Notes: generated by a model from the letters alone, not told the origin. A DNA stretch of 64,000 nucleotides from an uncultured Candidatus Planktophila sp. (GCA_964497665.1 CAZCDF010000001.1:1957-65956); one strand, 5' to 3'. Numbered from the stretch's first letter, positions 28,596 to 41,280 are shown. Numbers and translations are program-made.

Positions 28596-29786
28596 TTACT
28601 TAACTGCGTTTTGAAGTGCAGAGACTCGATCTGTTCGCTCCCAGGCAAACTCTGGAAGTTCACGGCCGAAGTGACCATACGCACTTGTTAGTGAGTAAAT
28701 TGGACGTAGTAGTTCAAGATCTCTAATGATTGCAGCTGGTCGCAGATCAAACACTGCTAGAACCGCTTCTTGAATTGCTGCTACAGGAACGGTTTCAGTT
28801 CCAAAGGTTTCAACAAATACACCAACTGGTTGAGCCTTTCCGATCGCGTACGCAACTTGCACCTCGCATCGACGCGCTAAACCTGCTGCGACAACATTTT
28901 TAGCTACCCAGCGCATTGCATAAGCCGCTGAACGATCAACCTTTGAAGGGTCCTTGCCGCTAAATGCGCCTCCACCATGGCGGGCCATTCCACCGTAGGT
29001 GTCAACAATAATCTTGCGTCCTGTTAATCCCGCATCTCCCATTGGGCCACCAATAACAAATCGACCTGTTGGGTTGATCAGGGTGCGTAGATCCTTTTTT
29101 GGAAGATCGATCTTTGAGATGATCGGGTTGATCACATATTCAATAATTTCAGGTGTTAACTTCTTTACAACATCGACCTCTTCAGAGTGCTGACTGGAAA
29201 TAACAACCGTATCCAAAGCGATGGCACGATCACCTTCATACTCGATGGTTACCTGTGTCTTTCCGTCTGGACGAAGATAAGCAAGCTCGCCAGATTTGCG
29301 AACCTTGGTGAGCTGTTGAGCTAATGCATGGGCCAACCAAATCGGAAGTGGCATCAACTCTTTTGTATCATCACAAGCGTAACCAAACATCAGTCCTTGG
29401 TCGCCGGCACCTTGAAGATCAAGTGGATCTACAGCTGAAGTGACACGATGCTCATAAGCGTCATCTACACCTTGTGCAATATCTTGAGATTGTTGACCGA
29501 TAGAGATGGATACGCCACAGCTGTTTCCATCAAATCCTTTTTCAGATGAGTCGTAACCGATATTTAGTACGGTGTCACGAACAATGCCCATCACATCTGC
29601 GTAACCATTAGTAGTTACCTCACCGGCAACGTGTACCTGACCGGTTGTAATCAGAGTTTCAACCGCTACTCGACTTTTCGCATCTTGCGTCAGTAGTGAA
29701 TCGAGAACAGCATCTGAAATCGCATCAGCGATCTTGTCTGGGTGTCCCTCGGTTACAGATTCGGAGGTGAAAAGGCGCTTTGACAT
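28596..29786 (-). CDS. metK: S-adenosylmethionine synthetase
   Basis: [35 protein letters not shown]. Confidence 0.97.
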   Translation of the reverse strand: MSKRLFTSESVTEGHPDKIADAISDAVLDSLLTQDAKSRVAVETLITTGQVHVAGEVTTNGYADVMGIVRDTVLNIGYDSSEKGFDGNSCGVSISIGQQSQDIAQGVDDAYEHRVTSAVDPLDLQGAGDQGLMFGYACDDTKELMPLPIWLAHALAQQLTKVRKSGELAYLRPDGKTQVTIEYEGDRAIALDTVVISSQHSEEVDVVKKLTPEIIEYVINPIISKIDLPKKDLRTLINPTGRFVIGGPMGDAGLTGRKIIVDTYGGMARHGGGAFSGKDPSKVDRSAAYAMRWVAKNVVAAGLARRCEVQVAYAIGKAQPVGVFVETFGTETVPVAAIQEAVLAVFDLRPAAIIRDLELLRPIYSLTSAYGHFGRELPEFAWERTDRVSALQNAVK

Positions 29787-29790
29787 AGTT

Positions 29791-30975
29791 TCAACCTAAC
29801 TGCCGGATGGCTTGATCAAGAAGTGTGTTACTGAGAGCGTCTTTGGAGACTTCCTTGACCGCTATATCCGCTTCATTGCGTAGGAGAATGGTACCCATAG
29901 TTGTGTCCTGGCCAAAGATTGCCCCGCCAGAAACATCATTTACATAGATCACATCAAGGCCCTTGCTCTCTAGCTTTCTGCGAGCCTCTTGCAGGTGATC
30001 GCTGGTTTCAGCGGCAAAACCAATAAAGACCCTATCGGCTTTGCGTGGAGCCAACTCCGCCAATAGATCTGGATTTGTGGTGAGCTCAATACTGCTGAGT
30101 GCATTCTTCTTAATCTTGCCATCAGATACCTGTGAAGGTCGAGCATCTGCAACCGCGGCGCTCATGATCAAAATTTTGCAATCATCAAAGCGCTTGCCTA
30201 GCTCTTCCTGCATCTGAACTGTTGTTTCAACAGGAACAACAGTGACACCCTGCAAATCAGATGTATCGCAATTTGCAGCGATCAAGGTAACACGTGCGCC
30301 GCGGTTACGTGCAGCATTGGCTAATGCAACTCCTTGCTTTCCCGATGAACGATTTCCGATAAACCGAACAGGATCAATTGGCTCTCGAGTTCCACCAGCT
30401 GTGATCAATACATGCACACCTGCCAAATCCTGCACTTGACCTGTCAGCTCTTCAAACTTTGAAATAATGGTTGCGGTTTCAGGGAATCTTCCAGCTCCAC
30501 TGTCTTTACCCGTGAGACGTCCGACCTCGGGATCTAGAACAAGGAAACCTCTAGCACGAAGGGTTTGAACATTAGCCATCGTTGCGGGATCAAGCCACAT
30601 TGAAGGATGCATCGCAGGCACTATCATCTTAGGCACATCGGTTGCGAGAACGAGATTAGTCAGTAGATCATCGGCTCGACCCATGGCGATTCGAGCGATG
30701 AGATCTGCCGTTGCTGGAGCGATAAGTAAAAAATCTGCTCGCTCTGCCAAGGAAATATGTGGAACGGTATGAACGCTCTCCCACACCTGTGTCGTTACCG
30801 CTCTACCTGAAAGCGCTTCCCAGGTAGCTGTACCGACGAAGTTCAAAGAGGAAGGGGTTGGAACAACGGTAATTGCGTAGCCACGGTCTTGGAGACGTCG
30901 CAGAAGTTCGCAGGATTTGTAGGCAGCAATTCCACCACCAACTCCGAGAATAACCTCACGGCCTTGGAGTGTCAT
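29791..30975 (-). CDS. coaBC: Phosphopantothenoylcysteine decarboxylase/ligase
   Basis: [50 protein letters not shown]. Confidence 0.95.
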   Translation of the reverse strand: MTLQGREVILGVGGGIAAYKSCELLRRLQDRGYAITVVPTPSSLNFVGTATWEALSGRAVTTQVWESVHTVPHISLAERADFLLIAPATADLIARIAMGRADDLLTNLVLATDVPKMIVPAMHPSMWLDPATMANVQTLRARGFLVLDPEVGRLTGKDSGAGRFPETATIISKFEELTGQVQDLAGVHVLITAGGTREPIDPVRFIGNRSSGKQGVALANAARNRGARVTLIAANCDTSDLQGVTVVPVETTVQMQEELGKRFDDCKILIMSAAVADARPSQVSDGKIKKNALSSIELTTNPDLLAELAPRKADRVFIGFAAETSDHLQEARRKLESKGLDVIYVNDVSGGAIFGQDTTMGTILLRNEADIAVKEVSKDALSNTLLDQAIRQLG

Positions 30976-30983
30976 TGAAAAAA

Positions 30984-31232
30984 CTACGCTGTTGGCTCGA
31001 GGTTTTCGATTGTGAGAAGACCTTCATTGATCTCGCGAAGTGCGATTGAAAGTGGCTTCTCATGCACATGGGTTTCAACCAAAGGTCCTACATACTCAAG
31101 AAGACCTTCACCCAATTGTGAGTAATAAGCGTTGATCTGACGTGCGCGCTTTGCTGCGTACAAAACTAAGCTGTACTTAGAACCGCTCTTGTCTAGAAGT
31201 TCATCGATAGGTGGATTTGTAATGCCATCCAT
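30984..31232 (-). CDS. rpoZ: RNA polymerase omega subunit
   Basis: [44 protein letters not shown]; start refined to ATG 31232. Confidence 0.95.
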   Translation of the reverse strand: MDGITNPPIDELLDKSGSKYSLVLYAAKRARQINAYYSQLGEGLLEYVGPLVETHVHEKPLSIALREINEGLLTIENLEPTA

Positions 31233-31277
31233 GGTTGTCCCCGCTTCTGTGATCAATCTTGAGTGTCAAACTAACGC

Positions 31278-32153
31278 TTAATTCTGGGCTAACTCTACCA
31301 GTTTCTGGACAACGCTCTCGACCTGGTCATTGACTATAACTACATCGAAATATGCCGCTGCCGCTAGCTCTTCTTGGGCCAGAGTCAACCTTTCAGCCCT
31401 TCTCTCCGCCCCATCGGTGCCACGTCCCTCTAGTCGAGCGACTAACTCTTCCCATGAAGGTGGCTCAAGAAAGACCAATAGGGATTGAGGTAGGTGCTCC
31501 TTCACTTGCTTGGCTCCTGCTATCTCAATCTCAAGCAAAACATTTCTTCCTTGACGAAGTGCATCTTCAACCTGTTGTTGAGGAGTTCCGTACCTATTGC
31601 CGGCAAACTCTGCCCATTCAAGAAATTCACCATTGCGAATCATTGCTGAGAAATCATCGTCGCTCACAAAGAAGTAATCACGTCCATGCACCTCATTGAT
31701 TCGAGGTTTCCTAGTTGTTGCACTTACGCTTACCCAGAAATCATTTGCTTCCCTGAGTTTCTTTGCGACTGTACTTTTGCCAACTCCACCAGGACCCGAC
31801 AGAACTATCAACCGTCCTGGTTTAACTGTCATATCGGGTTTCATAAACTCTTGACGAAGCTCCTTGATTTGATGCTTACCTAATCCTTGAATTCTACGTG
31901 TGGGTGAAATATTTAGTCGCTCCATCAAGGAAACGACTCGCACCTTTCCTACTCCTGAGAGAGATTCCAGGAGTTCCTTAACTCGCATCTTTCCAACCGC
32001 TTCATCTCTTTGGGCTAGTGTGATGACTTGATCGATGGTGAGCGTGCCATCCTTGATCTGCGCCTTTACCTCTGCGCGTCGCTTTCGAGATTGCGCCGCT
32101 TTTGCCAAGGCAGCTTGACGTTGCTCTGCCGTTAGTTGCGGTGGTAATCCCAT
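31278..32153 (-). CDS. gmk: Fusion: actinobacterial integration host factor (mIHF/sIHF, aa ~1-103) plus guanylate kinase (aa ~104-291)
   Basis: N-terminus LPPQLT.EQR.AAL.KA..R..RAE.K, GKM.V..LLESL.GVGKV, RRIQGLG is mIHF-like; C-terminus [37 protein letters not shown] is Gmk; no stop codon between them. Confidence 0.9.
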   Translation of the reverse strand: MGLPPQLTAEQRQAALAKAAQSRKRRAEVKAQIKDGTLTIDQVITLAQRDEAVGKMRVKELLESLSGVGKVRVVSLMERLNISPTRRIQGLGKHQIKELRQEFMKPDMTVKPGRLIVLSGPGGVGKSTVAKKLREANDFWVSVSATTRKPRINEVHGRDYFFVSDDDFSAMIRNGEFLEWAEFAGNRYGTPQQQVEDALRQGRNVLLEIEIAGAKQVKEHLPQSLLVFLEPPSWEELVARLEGRGTDGAERRAERLTLAQEELAAAAYFDVVIVNDQVESVVQKLVELAQN

Positions 32154-32172
32154 GGGATAAATCTAGTGGAGA

Positions 32173-32871
32173 TTAAATTAGCCGTGAGCCAATCAGTTCT
32201 GCTCGTTCGCGCATCGCCTGTGCGCCTTGGCTCCAACTTTGCGTGATAGGTCTGCCAATGACAACAAGGTTTGCTCCCGCAGCTATCGCATCTTCAGGTG
32301 TCATTGTTCGTTGCTGATCATCGCTTCCAGCCATCTCGAGTGGTCTGACTCCGGGGGTAATAATCAAGGGAGTTTGACCTACCGCTGCGCGTACAGCGGA
32401 AATTTCAAGCGGTGAACACACAATTGCTCGAGCACCACCGGCTATCGCAACCTTTGCTAAGGAGACTGCAGAATCAAGAGCCGATGCTTTGAATCCAACA
32501 TCGCGAACATCAGCCTCCGACATTGAGGTCAGAATCGTAACTCCAGTAATAAAGCTCTGTGGCACCGCGTCGGCTGCAGCCTTCACCATTGCTGCGCCGC
32601 CAGATGCGTGAACAGTAAGGAACTTTGGGGCTAGATGAGAGACCGCTTTAGCCGCACCACTAACTGTGTGCGGAATGTCATGCAGCTTTAAATCTAGAAA
32701 AATATCAGAATCTGTTTCAGCTTGAATTGCTTTCACACCATCAGGGCCAAAGGTCAAGAAAAACTCCAGACCTAACTTGAAGACGGAGACATGCTGTTGT
32801 GTTGCGCGCACCCACTCGACCGCTGTTTTTAACTCGGGGGTGTCAACCGCCAAAACTATTGGAGCTTTCAT
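32173..32871 (-). CDS. pyrF: Orotidine-5'-phosphate decarboxylase
   Basis: FLDLKLHDIPHT, TVHASGG, TPGVR, DDQ.R, IGRPIT. Confidence 0.95.
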   Translation of the reverse strand: MKAPIVLAVDTPELKTAVEWVRATQQHVSVFKLGLEFFLTFGPDGVKAIQAETDSDIFLDLKLHDIPHTVSGAAKAVSHLAPKFLTVHASGGAAMVKAAADAVPQSFITGVTILTSMSEADVRDVGFKASALDSAVSLAKVAIAGGARAIVCSPLEISAVRAAVGQTPLIITPGVRPLEMAGSDDQQRTMTPEDAIAAGANLVVIGRPITQSWSQGAQAMRERAELIGSRLI

Positions 32872-32874
32872 TAC

Positions 32875-33816
32875 TTACTCCCCCTCTGCTGCGCGGTGGG
32901 CAAAACCGACAGCTTGCTTCAGCGAAGTGAAGCCTTTATCCATCAATAATTGTTTGAGTTCGCTTTGAATAGACATGATCGCTGTTGGATTTCCGAAACT
33001 TGCGGTACCAATTGAAACACCGCTTGCGCCAGCTAAAATCATTTCCAATGCATCTCTGCCTGAGGCGACTCCACCCATGCCAATGATTGGTGTGTTTGGC
33101 AGAGCGGCATGAACCTGATACACCGCACGCACGGCTATAGGTCTGATCGCAGGACCTGAAAGGCCGCCAGTTTTTCCCCCTAGATGAGGACGCATCGTGT
33201 CGATGTTAATTACCATTCCGAGAACGGTATTAATCAACGCCAATCCATCTGCTCCTGCATCAACAACACCTTTGGCAATTGATACTAGATCTGTAACATC
33301 CGGTGAGAGCTTGGCAATGATTGGCAGTTCGCCACCAATAGTTCTGCGCACACCATCGATAACTCTGCGGGATGCTTCTGGATCGCATGCAAATACCAGT
33401 CCACGATTTTCAACATTAGGACAGGAGATATTTACTTCAATGGCACTTATTCCAGAGACTGATCTGAGTTTGCGAGCAAGGGTTGAGTACTCCTCAACCG
33501 TCTCCCCCGCGATAGAAACGATAATGCGGGCTTTCTGCTCAACGAGGTAGGGAATGTCTTTCGCGATGAAAGCATCTATTCCCGGACCTTGAAGACCGAT
33601 TGAATTGAGCATCCCACTTGGAGTTTCAGCCATTCGAGGGGTTGCTCGCCCTGCTCGCGGTTTAGACATAACAGATTTAGTTACTACGCCACCCATATCC
33701 TTTAATGGAAAGAATTGCGCTAACTCTCTTCCAGAGCTAGCGCAGCCACTGGCGGTAAAGGTTGGTGCGGGAAACCATGCGTTTCCGATAGTTGTTGAAA
33801 AATCTACAGTTGTCAT
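32875..33816 (-). CDS. pyrD: Dihydroorotate dehydrogenase class 1B, catalytic subunit
   Basis: ASGC, PRMAET..GMLNSIGLQ, NISCPN (Cys base), KLSP, GGLSGPAIRP; start refined to 33816. Confidence 0.93.
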   Translation of the reverse strand: MTTVDFSTTIGNAWFPAPTFTASGCASSGRELAQFFPLKDMGGVVTKSVMSKPRAGRATPRMAETPSGMLNSIGLQGPGIDAFIAKDIPYLVEQKARIIVSIAGETVEEYSTLARKLRSVSGISAIEVNISCPNVENRGLVFACDPEASRRVIDGVRRTIGGELPIIAKLSPDVTDLVSIAKGVVDAGADGLALINTVLGMVINIDTMRPHLGGKTGGLSGPAIRPIAVRAVYQVHAALPNTPIIGMGGVASGRDALEMILAGASGVSIGTASFGNPTAIMSIQSELKQLLMDKGFTSLKQAVGFAHRAAEGE

Positions 33817-34646
33817 AGCTGTTGTCCAACCTGACTCCATTGAACCTTTGAGCCATCCATAACCGGTCCATCGATACAGGAACGCAGATTGGAAATACTT
33901 CCATCCTCATTCTCAACTGGAAGTACGCAGGTCATGCAGATTCCGATTCCACAAGCCATCGATTCTTCGACCGCGCATTGATGAACTACATCGAACGCAT
34001 TTGTAATCTTGGTGATAGCCGCCAACATAGGCATCGGTCCACACGAGTAGATAACTGCCACATTGAGATCTTTAATGATCTCCGGGATTGGATCGGTGAC
34101 TCGACCGGCGGTACCCATAGATCCATCCTCGGTATAGATGCGCATGGAATTGACTGCGCGCTTTCCCTCCATTGGAGCATAAATCTTTGATCCTGTACTT
34201 GCCCCCAAGAGCATGTCGACACGACATCCACGTGAGTTGAGAAGTTCAGCTAAACCAAACAAAGGTGCCGATCCATAACCTCCACCTACAAGTAAAACAG
34301 GAACAGCTTCAGTGGGAATTCCAAAGGCGGTTCCCAATGGTGCAACGAGATCCAGAACAACACCTTCACCTTGGGCACACAACCATTTACTTCCTTGGCC
34401 ATGTGGAGCCACGATTAACTCCATTGTTCCGCCAACTGTTGTGGAGGTGGAGACCCGTGAAATCGCAAAAGCGCGACGCAAGACCATTCTGGAGGAATCT
34501 CCGCCAACACTAATCGCAACAAAGTTTCCTGGTTTACAAAAGGCGGCAATATCACCGATATTAATAATTATCTGGTGATATTGACCAACCTTTTTATTGC
34601 TGACGATAGGTGCTAGAAGTTGCTTAGCGCTCTTGTTTATTTGCAT
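33813..34646 (-). CDS. pyrK: Dihydroorotate dehydrogenase electron-transfer subunit
   Basis: LRRAFAI, VGGGYG.APL, TEDGS.G, CGP..ML, MACGIGIC..C, C.DGPV (2Fe-2S). Confidence 0.9.
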   Translation of the reverse strand: MQINKSAKQLLAPIVSNKKVGQYHQIIINIGDIAAFCKPGNFVAISVGGDSSRMVLRRAFAISRVSTSTTVGGTMELIVAPHGQGSKWLCAQGEGVVLDLVAPLGTAFGIPTEAVPVLLVGGGYGSAPLFGLAELLNSRGCRVDMLLGASTGSKIYAPMEGKRAVNSMRIYTEDGSMGTAGRVTDPIPEIIKDLNVAVIYSCGPMPMLAAITKITNAFDVVHQCAVEESMACGIGICMTCVLPVENEDGSISNLRSCIDGPVMDGSKVQWSQVGQQL

Positions 34647-34649
34647 AAC

Positions 34650-37600
34650 TTACGCCAACCATTCCTGCAATGATTTAATGCTCAGTGGGCTTGCTTGCAA
34701 GAAGCGAACTGCATCCACGGCAGCGCTAAAGCCAGCTGTTGTCGTAATGCATGGAATCGATCTTTGCACAGCCGCTGTTCGAATAGCCCATCCATCGGCT
34801 CGTGTTCCTCGACCAACCGGTGTATTGATAACCAGATCTATCTCCCCCGCGTTGATGATGTCGACGATTGTCTTTTCGCCCAAGCTGCCAGTTCCTTCAG
34901 AGTGTTTACGAACCGTTGTGCACTCAATGCCCTTAGTGCGAAGAAAGTCAGCGGTGCCATCAGTGGCAAGAATATGAAATCCCAACTCTGAAAAACCGAG
35001 AGCAGGCTCTATTCCAGTTTCCTTATCTTTATCTGCCAAAGATATGAAGACGGTTCCAGCCTTGGGTAGCGGACCAAATGCAGCAATCTGACTCTTTGCA
35101 TAACTCTCGCCAAATGTTGGGGAAATGCCCATCACCTCGCCGGTAGATCTCATTTCTGGTCCTAAAACCGCATCCACTCCACGTCCATCGGTGCGACGGA
35201 AACGATTCCATGGAAGTACCGCTTCCTTTACTGAAACACCTCTAGCAATACCGTCGCCTGAAGCCGGAAGAATTCCGGATTCCCGAAGCTCTTTAATTGT
35301 CGTTCCAACGGAAATACGTGCGGCAGCTTTAGCCAAAGCAACACCACTAGCTTTACTCACAAAGGGCACAGTTCTGGATGCTCGAGGGTTTGCCTCGAGA
35401 ACATACAAAGTATTGTCAGAGATTGCGAATTGAATATTTATTAAGCCACGAACATTAACTCCACGAGCAATCTTTTCCGTTGCTATTCGAATCTCATCAC
35501 GTTGCTCAGGTGTAACTGTCATAGATGGCAGTACACAGGCGCTGTCACCGCTATGAATGCCCGCCTCCTCAATGTGCTCCATAACTCCGCCGAGAAATAG
35601 CTCTTCTCCATCAAAGAGCGCATCCACATCTATTTCGATTGCATTATCGAGAAAACGATCGACCAAAACCGGATGATCTGGAGTGATATCGGTTGCACGG
35701 GTAATGAATCCACCTAAAGCAACATCGTCATAGACGATCTCCATGCCGCGTCCTCCCAAAACAAAGGATGGTCGAACCAGCACTGGGTAACCGATTGCTT
35801 GAGCAATGGTCGTAGCCTCTAGCTGCGAAGAGGCCATACCGAATTCAGGTGCTCGCAAACCCTGCTCGGCGAGAATGTTTCCAAATGCTCCGCGCTCTTC
35901 AGCGAGGTTGATCGCCTCTGGAGATGTTCCAAGGATGTTTACGCCATTTGCCTTCAAACCAGCAGCAAGACCCAAGGGAGTTTGACCACCCAACTGGGTG
36001 ATTACACCTAAAACAGGACCGGCTTGTGTTTCAGCATGGACAACTTCAAGTACATCTTCAAGGGTAAGAGGTTCAAAGTACAAGCGATTACTTGTGTCGT
36101 AATCAGTCGAAACTGTTTCAGGGTTGCAGTTAATCATGATTGTTTCATAACCTGCTTCACGCAAGGTGAAGGATGCGTGAACACAGGAGTAATCAAACTC
36201 GATTCCTTGTCCAATTCGATTCGGCCCACTGCCCAAAATAATTACAGCAGGTGTAGTTCGCGGACGAACCTCAGTTTCCTCTTCATAGCTTGAGTAATGA
36301 TATGGAGTGAAGGCTTCGAATTCCGCGGCACATGTGTCCACCGTTTTGTAAACAGGACGAATGCCTAAATGATGTCGGGCTTTACGAACCTCATCCTCTG
36401 TTACTCCGCGAAGGCTTGCAATCTGACTATCTGAGAAACCCTGACCCTTAGCGGTTCGAAGTACTTCGGCGCTTAACTCACCTGGTTGCGAGATCACCGC
36501 TGCTTGCTGATTTATGAGTTCAATCTGACGTAAGTACCAAGGATCAATCTTGGTGGCTGCGAAAACCTCTTCAATACTTGCACCAGCCCACATCGCTTTT
36601 TGAACTTGCTGTAGACGATACTCTGTTGGAATTTTCATGGATTGCAACAATGCCGAACGCTCTGCATCAGCTATCGAAGGCCAGGTAAAGATCGCCTCTT
36701 TGCGCTCCAAGGAACGTAACGCCTTCATCAGCGCTTCCGAGAAGGAACGACCTATAGCCATCGCTTCTCCCACGCTCTTCATGGTCGTCGTTAGCCGAGG
36801 ATCAGCATCAGCAAACTTTTCAAACGCAAAGCGAGGCAGTTTTACTACAACGTAATCCAGAGTGGGTTCAAATGAAGCAGGTGTTACTTGCGTGATGTCA
36901 TTCTTAATCTCATCTAAGGTGTAACCGATAGCTAACTTTGTCGCAATCTTGGCGATCGGAAAACCAGTGGCCTTTGAAGCAAGGGCGCTAGAACGGGACA
37001 CTCTTGGGTTCATCTCAATAACAATAATTCGACCATTAGCGGGATTTACCGCGAACTGAATATTGCATCCTCCCGTATCCACGCCTACCTCACGGATGAT
37101 GTTGAGCGATAAGTCACGAAGTTTTTGATACTCAACATCGGTCAAGGTCATGGCAGGTGCAACGGTGATTGAATCGCCGGTGTGAACACCCATCGGATCT
37201 AGATTCTCGATTGAACAGACGATCACAACATTGTCTTTGTTATCGCGCATTACTTCGAGTTCGTACTCTTTCCAGCCGATAATCGATTCTTCTAATAGCA
37301 CTTCAGAGGTTGGACTATGGCGAAGACCGGCACCTGCAATTTGACGAAGCTCTGCCTCATCAAAGGCGATGCCAGAACCTAGACCACCCATAGTGAAGGA
37401 AGGTCGAACTACAACTGGATAATTAAGTTCTACAACCGCGGCTAAAATCTCTTCCATCGTGTGGCAAATACGAGATTTAGCTGACTCGCCTCCCACTTTT
37501 TCTACAATCGCTCGGAACAGTTCTCGATTTTCGCCGCGGTTAATCGCATCAACATCTGCACCGATTAATCGAACCCCGTACTTAGCTAACGTCCCCCGCT

Positions 37601-37910
37601 CATATAAGCCGATCGCCGCATTGAGCGCGGTTTGACCGCCAAGAGTGGCGAGAACAGCATCTGGCTTTTCATGGGCAATGATTCGCTCGATTATCTCTGG
37701 AGTAATCGGTTCAACATATGTTGCATCGGCAAACTCAGGATCGGTCATGATTGTTGCCGGATTGGAGTTAACGAGAATTACTCGAATTCCTTCAGCTCTT
37801 AAAACACGACAGGCCTGGGTACCCGAGTAATCAAATTCGCAGGCTTGGCCAATAACAATGGGGCCACTACCGATAACCAACACACTTTTAATGGATGCAT
37901 CCAAAGGCAT
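34650..37910 (-). CDS. carB: Carbamoyl-phosphate synthase large chain
   Basis: [18 protein letters not shown], two ATP-grasp halves, [20 protein letters not shown]-like C-terminus. Confidence 0.97.
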   Translation of the reverse strand: MPLDASIKSVLVIGSGPIVIGQACEFDYSGTQACRVLRAEGIRVILVNSNPATIMTDPEFADATYVEPITPEIIERIIAHEKPDAVLATLGGQTALNAAIGLYERGTLAKYGVRLIGADVDAINRGENRELFRAIVEKVGGESAKSRICHTMEEILAAVVELNYPVVVRPSFTMGGLGSGIAFDEAELRQIAGAGLRHSPTSEVLLEESIIGWKEYELEVMRDNKDNVVIVCSIENLDPMGVHTGDSITVAPAMTLTDVEYQKLRDLSLNIIREVGVDTGGCNIQFAVNPANGRIIVIEMNPRVSRSSALASKATGFPIAKIATKLAIGYTLDEIKNDITQVTPASFEPTLDYVVVKLPRFAFEKFADADPRLTTTMKSVGEAMAIGRSFSEALMKALRSLERKEAIFTWPSIADAERSALLQSMKIPTEYRLQQVQKAMWAGASIEEVFAATKIDPWYLRQIELINQQAAVISQPGELSAEVLRTAKGQGFSDSQIASLRGVTEDEVRKARHHLGIRPVYKTVDTCAAEFEAFTPYHYSSYEEETEVRPRTTPAVIILGSGPNRIGQGIEFDYSCVHASFTLREAGYETIMINCNPETVSTDYDTSNRLYFEPLTLEDVLEVVHAETQAGPVLGVITQLGGQTPLGLAAGLKANGVNILGTSPEAINLAEERGAFGNILAEQGLRAPEFGMASSQLEATTIAQAIGYPVLVRPSFVLGGRGMEIVYDDVALGGFITRATDITPDHPVLVDRFLDNAIEIDVDALFDGEELFLGGVMEHIEEAGIHSGDSACVLPSMTVTPEQRDEIRIATEKIARGVNVRGLINIQFAISDNTLYVLEANPRASRTVPFVSKASGVALAKAAARISVGTTIKELRESGILPASGDGIARGVSVKEAVLPWNRFRRTDGRGVDAVLGPEMRSTGEVMGISPTFGESYAKSQIAAFGPLPKAGTVFISLADKDKETGIEPALGFSELGFHILATDGTADFLRTKGIECTTVRKHSEGTGSLGEKTIVDIINAGEIDLVINTPVGRGTRADGWAIRTAAVQRSIPCITTTAGFSAAVDAVRFLQASPLSIKSLQEWLA

Positions 37911-39025
37911 TAGACACCTACCTTTTTCGTCATCAAATTAACAAAGCGATCAAAAAGATAGGAAGCATCGTGTGGGCCGGCTGCAGCCTCCGGGTGATAC
38001 TGCACTGAAAACGCCGGGCGATCAAGAAGTGCCAAACCTTCGACAACACCATCATTGAGGCAGGTATGTGTTACCTCTCCCCTGCCATAAACCGTTGAGA
38101 ACTCAGCATCGGTAGGAGCTTTTACCGCAAAGCCATGGTTATGCGCGGTAATCTCAACTTTGTTGGTGTTCTTATCAATTACTGGCTGATTAATGCCTCT
38201 ATGACCAAACTGCAATTTATACGTTTCGAAGCCGAGTGCTCTTCCTAAAATCTGATGACCAAAACAGATTCCAAAAATAGGTACTTCTGCCAGCAACAGT
38301 TCGCGAACAACTTCAATAACTTCGGTCATGGTCGAAGGATCGCCCGGTCCATTTGAGAGAAATACTCCATCAGGATTTATCGCCATGATCTGATCAAAGG
38401 TTGAGTTAAATGGCATTACCTGTACTTCAACTCCGCGCTCTGCAAGAGATCTGGGGGTAGCCGCCTTAATCCCAAGATCTAACGCTGCAACAGTAAATTT
38501 CTTTACTCCGATTGCTGGCACGACATATGTGGTTGGAGTAGAAACATCCTTTACTAAGAATGCCCCAGACATCGCTTCAGCTTTACGAACCTCAACAACC
38601 ATCTCTTCGCGAGTGAGGTCTAAGCCCGAGAAGATACCAACCCGCATCGCTCCACGATCGCGTAGATGTCTTGTGATCGCTCGAGTATCTACACCTTGAA
38701 TACCAACAACTCCCTGAGAAATCAGTTCTGCCTCTAAATCATTTTGAGCGCGCCAATTAGATGTCAAGGATGAAGGGTTGCGGACAACAAAGCCAGCAAC
38801 CCAAATTTTCGCAGATTCATTATCAAAATCATTGACTCCCGTGTTTCCAATGTGAGGAGCGGTCATCACTACAACTTGCTTATGGTACGAAGGATCGGTG
38901 AGGGTTTCTTGATAACCGGTCATTCCGGTTTGAAAAACAGCTTCTCCAAATGTTTTACCTTGCGCCGCCCAGGAGCTACCTTCAAAAATTCTTCCATCAT
39001 CCAAGACAAAGTAAGCGGTGCTCAT
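37910..39025 (-). CDS. carA: Carbamoyl-phosphate synthase small chain
   Basis: [35 protein letters not shown]. Confidence 0.97.
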   Translation of the reverse strand: MSTAYFVLDDGRIFEGSSWAAQGKTFGEAVFQTGMTGYQETLTDPSYHKQVVVMTAPHIGNTGVNDFDNESAKIWVAGFVVRNPSSLTSNWRAQNDLEAELISQGVVGIQGVDTRAITRHLRDRGAMRVGIFSGLDLTREEMVVEVRKAEAMSGAFLVKDVSTPTTYVVPAIGVKKFTVAALDLGIKAATPRSLAERGVEVQVMPFNSTFDQIMAINPDGVFLSNGPGDPSTMTEVIEVVRELLLAEVPIFGICFGHQILGRALGFETYKLQFGHRGINQPVIDKNTNKVEITAHNHGFAVKAPTDAEFSTVYGRGEVTHTCLNDGVVEGLALLDRPAFSVQYHPEAAAGPHDASYLFDRFVNLMTKKVGV

Positions 39026-40332
39026 TGCTGTGCCCCCTTACTTACGACTGCTCCGTTAATTACGGTCTGCTTACCCTTAAAGAATGTGTGCTCCACAAAT
39101 CCAGGCAGTTCATGGCCATGGTAGGGAGTATTTGATGAGTTAGATAGAACTAAATCGCGATCCACCCTCCAACTTTTCGTTGGATTAATCACAACGAGGT
39201 TGGCAAAGCTGCCCTTGGCGATCATCTGTCCTTGTTCGGCGTAGCGCCCAATTCGTGCCGGAGCAAGAGAGATTCGATCAGCGACCTGCTCCCAATTCAT
39301 CATTCCGGAATCAACCATTGTCTTTTGAACTATTGATAAGGCGGTTTCAAGTCCTAGCATTCCAAAAGCTGCTTCCTGCCATTCACACTCCTTTGCTTCC
39401 AAGGGATGTGGAGCGTGATCGGTAGCAACGATATCGATAGTTCCATCTGCTAACGCCTCACGTAAAGCATGCACATCGGCTTCAGTGCGCAATGGTGGAT
39501 TAACTTTGTACACAGGATCATATGAAGAAGCTAGGTCATCGGTCAGAAGAAGATGATGAGGAGTAACTTCTGCAGTCACATTAATTCCTCGTGCTTTAGC
39601 CCAACGAATGATCTCTACACCACCTGCTGTTGTGAGGTGACAGATGTGTAAACGAGATTTCACATGATCTGTTAGAAGAACATCTCTAGCGATAATCGCC
39701 TCTTCAGCTACAGCTGGCCAACCCTTGAGTCCTAATCGGGCTGACACAATCCCCTCATTCATTTGAGAATTAACTGTCATTTGAGGATCCTGTGCGTGCT
39801 GCGCAACTACACCATCAAACTTCTTGATGTATTCAAGGGCTCTACGCATGACTAATGGATCTGAAACACAATGCCCATCATCGCTAAACACTCTCACCCG
39901 TGCAACCGAATCAGCCATAGCTCCGATCTCCGATAGCGCTTCACCACGCAGCCCTTGAGTAACAGCTCCAATTGGAAAAACATCGAGATAGCCCGCTTCT
40001 TGTCCCAATCTGTACACCTGCTCAACAACTCCAGCAGTGTCGGCGACAGGCGAGGTATTAGCCATCGCAGATAGTGCGGTAAACCCACCTTTGGCGCCCG
40101 CCATACTTCCGCTTAAAACCGTCTCTGCATCTTCACGACCAGGTTCACGCAAATGTGTATGAAGATCTACAAGTCCGGGTAACACAACGCATCCTGAAGC
40201 ATCTATAACTTGAGTCGCCTCACCCTTAAAGGATGCCACCACATCAACTACATGCTGTTCTTGAATGCAGATATCAGAGACCGTTCCATTTGGCAGTTTC
40301 GCACCCTTGATTACAAGATCAACTGAGTTCAT
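39022..40332 (-). CDS. pyrC: Dihydroorotase
   Basis: PGLVDLHTHLREPG, MANT.P, EVTPHHL, KVNPPLR, TDHAPH. Confidence 0.95.
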   Translation of the reverse strand: MNSVDLVIKGAKLPNGTVSDICIQEQHVVDVVASFKGEATQVIDASGCVVLPGLVDLHTHLREPGREDAETVLSGSMAGAKGGFTALSAMANTSPVADTAGVVEQVYRLGQEAGYLDVFPIGAVTQGLRGEALSEIGAMADSVARVRVFSDDGHCVSDPLVMRRALEYIKKFDGVVAQHAQDPQMTVNSQMNEGIVSARLGLKGWPAVAEEAIIARDVLLTDHVKSRLHICHLTTAGGVEIIRWAKARGINVTAEVTPHHLLLTDDLASSYDPVYKVNPPLRTEADVHALREALADGTIDIVATDHAPHPLEAKECEWQEAAFGMLGLETALSIVQKTMVDSGMMNWEQVADRISLAPARIGRYAEQGQMIAKGSFANLVVINPTKSWRVDRDLVLSNSSNTPYHGHELPGFVEHTFFKGKQTVINGAVVSKGAQQ

Positions 40333-41280
40333 CTAATTGCTCCCTGCCTCTAATGCGCTGCCTGTCAGAAGTACATACAAAATTGCCATTCTTACGCTGA
40401 CGCCATTAGTTACCTGCTCGGTAATTACCGAACGGGCGCTGTCGGCTACCTCAGCTGAAATTTCTAGCCCTCGATTCATAGGACCTGGGTGCATAACAAT
40501 TGAACCTTGTTTCATCGACTTCATTCGCTCAGCGTTAAGTCCGAAGTAACGGGAGTATTCGCGAGCATTTGGAAAGTACAGGTCAACCATCCGTTCTTGT
40601 TGAACCCGCAACATCATCACAACATCTACAAAAGGAATCACGGAATCAAAATCATAAGAAACAGTAGCCGGCCAACTTTCAACTCCAACCGGAAGAAGAG
40701 TAGGCGGTGCCACCAAAACAACCTTGGCTCCAAGTTTTGAAAGCAGCAAAACATTGGATCGCGCTACACGTGAATGCAGTACATCTCCGACAATCGCTAC
40801 CGTTAGACCCTCTAAATCATTTGCGCCTAGCCCTAAGTGTTTGCGAATCGTAAAGGCATCTAACAAAGCTTGACTTGGGTGCTCATGTGTTCCATCACCA
40901 GCGTTGACAACACTTCCAGACATCCACTGTGAATCCGCCAAACGTTGAGCCGCGCCCGAAGCGGAGTGACGAATGACAACCGCATCGGCACCCATCGCTT
41001 GCAAGGTCATTGCGGTGTCTTTGAGGGATTCACCCTTGCTTACGCTTGAACCCTTGGCGGAGAAATTAATAACATCGGCGGAAAGACGCTTGGCTGCGGC
41101 TTCAAAGGAGATTCGAGTTCGCGTTGAATCTTCGGCGAAAAGATTCACGATTGTGCGACCTCGAAGCGTTGGCAACTTTTTTACCGCCCCATCGCTTACT
41201 CGTGCTAACTCGTGTGCGGTATCCAGAATCGAGATTGCTTCCATCTTTGATAAATCTTCAATTGATAGCAAGTGGCGCAT
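40333..41280 (-). CDS. pyrB: Aspartate carbamoyltransferase
   Basis: [34 protein letters not shown]. Confidence 0.96.
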   Translation of the reverse strand: MRHLLSIEDLSKMEAISILDTAHELARVSDGAVKKLPTLRGRTIVNLFAEDSTRTRISFEAAAKRLSADVINFSAKGSSVSKGESLKDTAMTLQAMGADAVVIRHSASGAAQRLADSQWMSGSVVNAGDGTHEHPSQALLDAFTIRKHLGLGANDLEGLTVAIVGDVLHSRVARSNVLLLSKLGAKVVLVAPPTLLPVGVESWPATVSYDFDSVIPFVDVVMMLRVQQERMVDLYFPNAREYSRYFGLNAERMKSMKQGSIVMHPGPMNRGLEISAEVADSARSVITEQVTNGVSVRMAILYVLLTGSALEAGSN

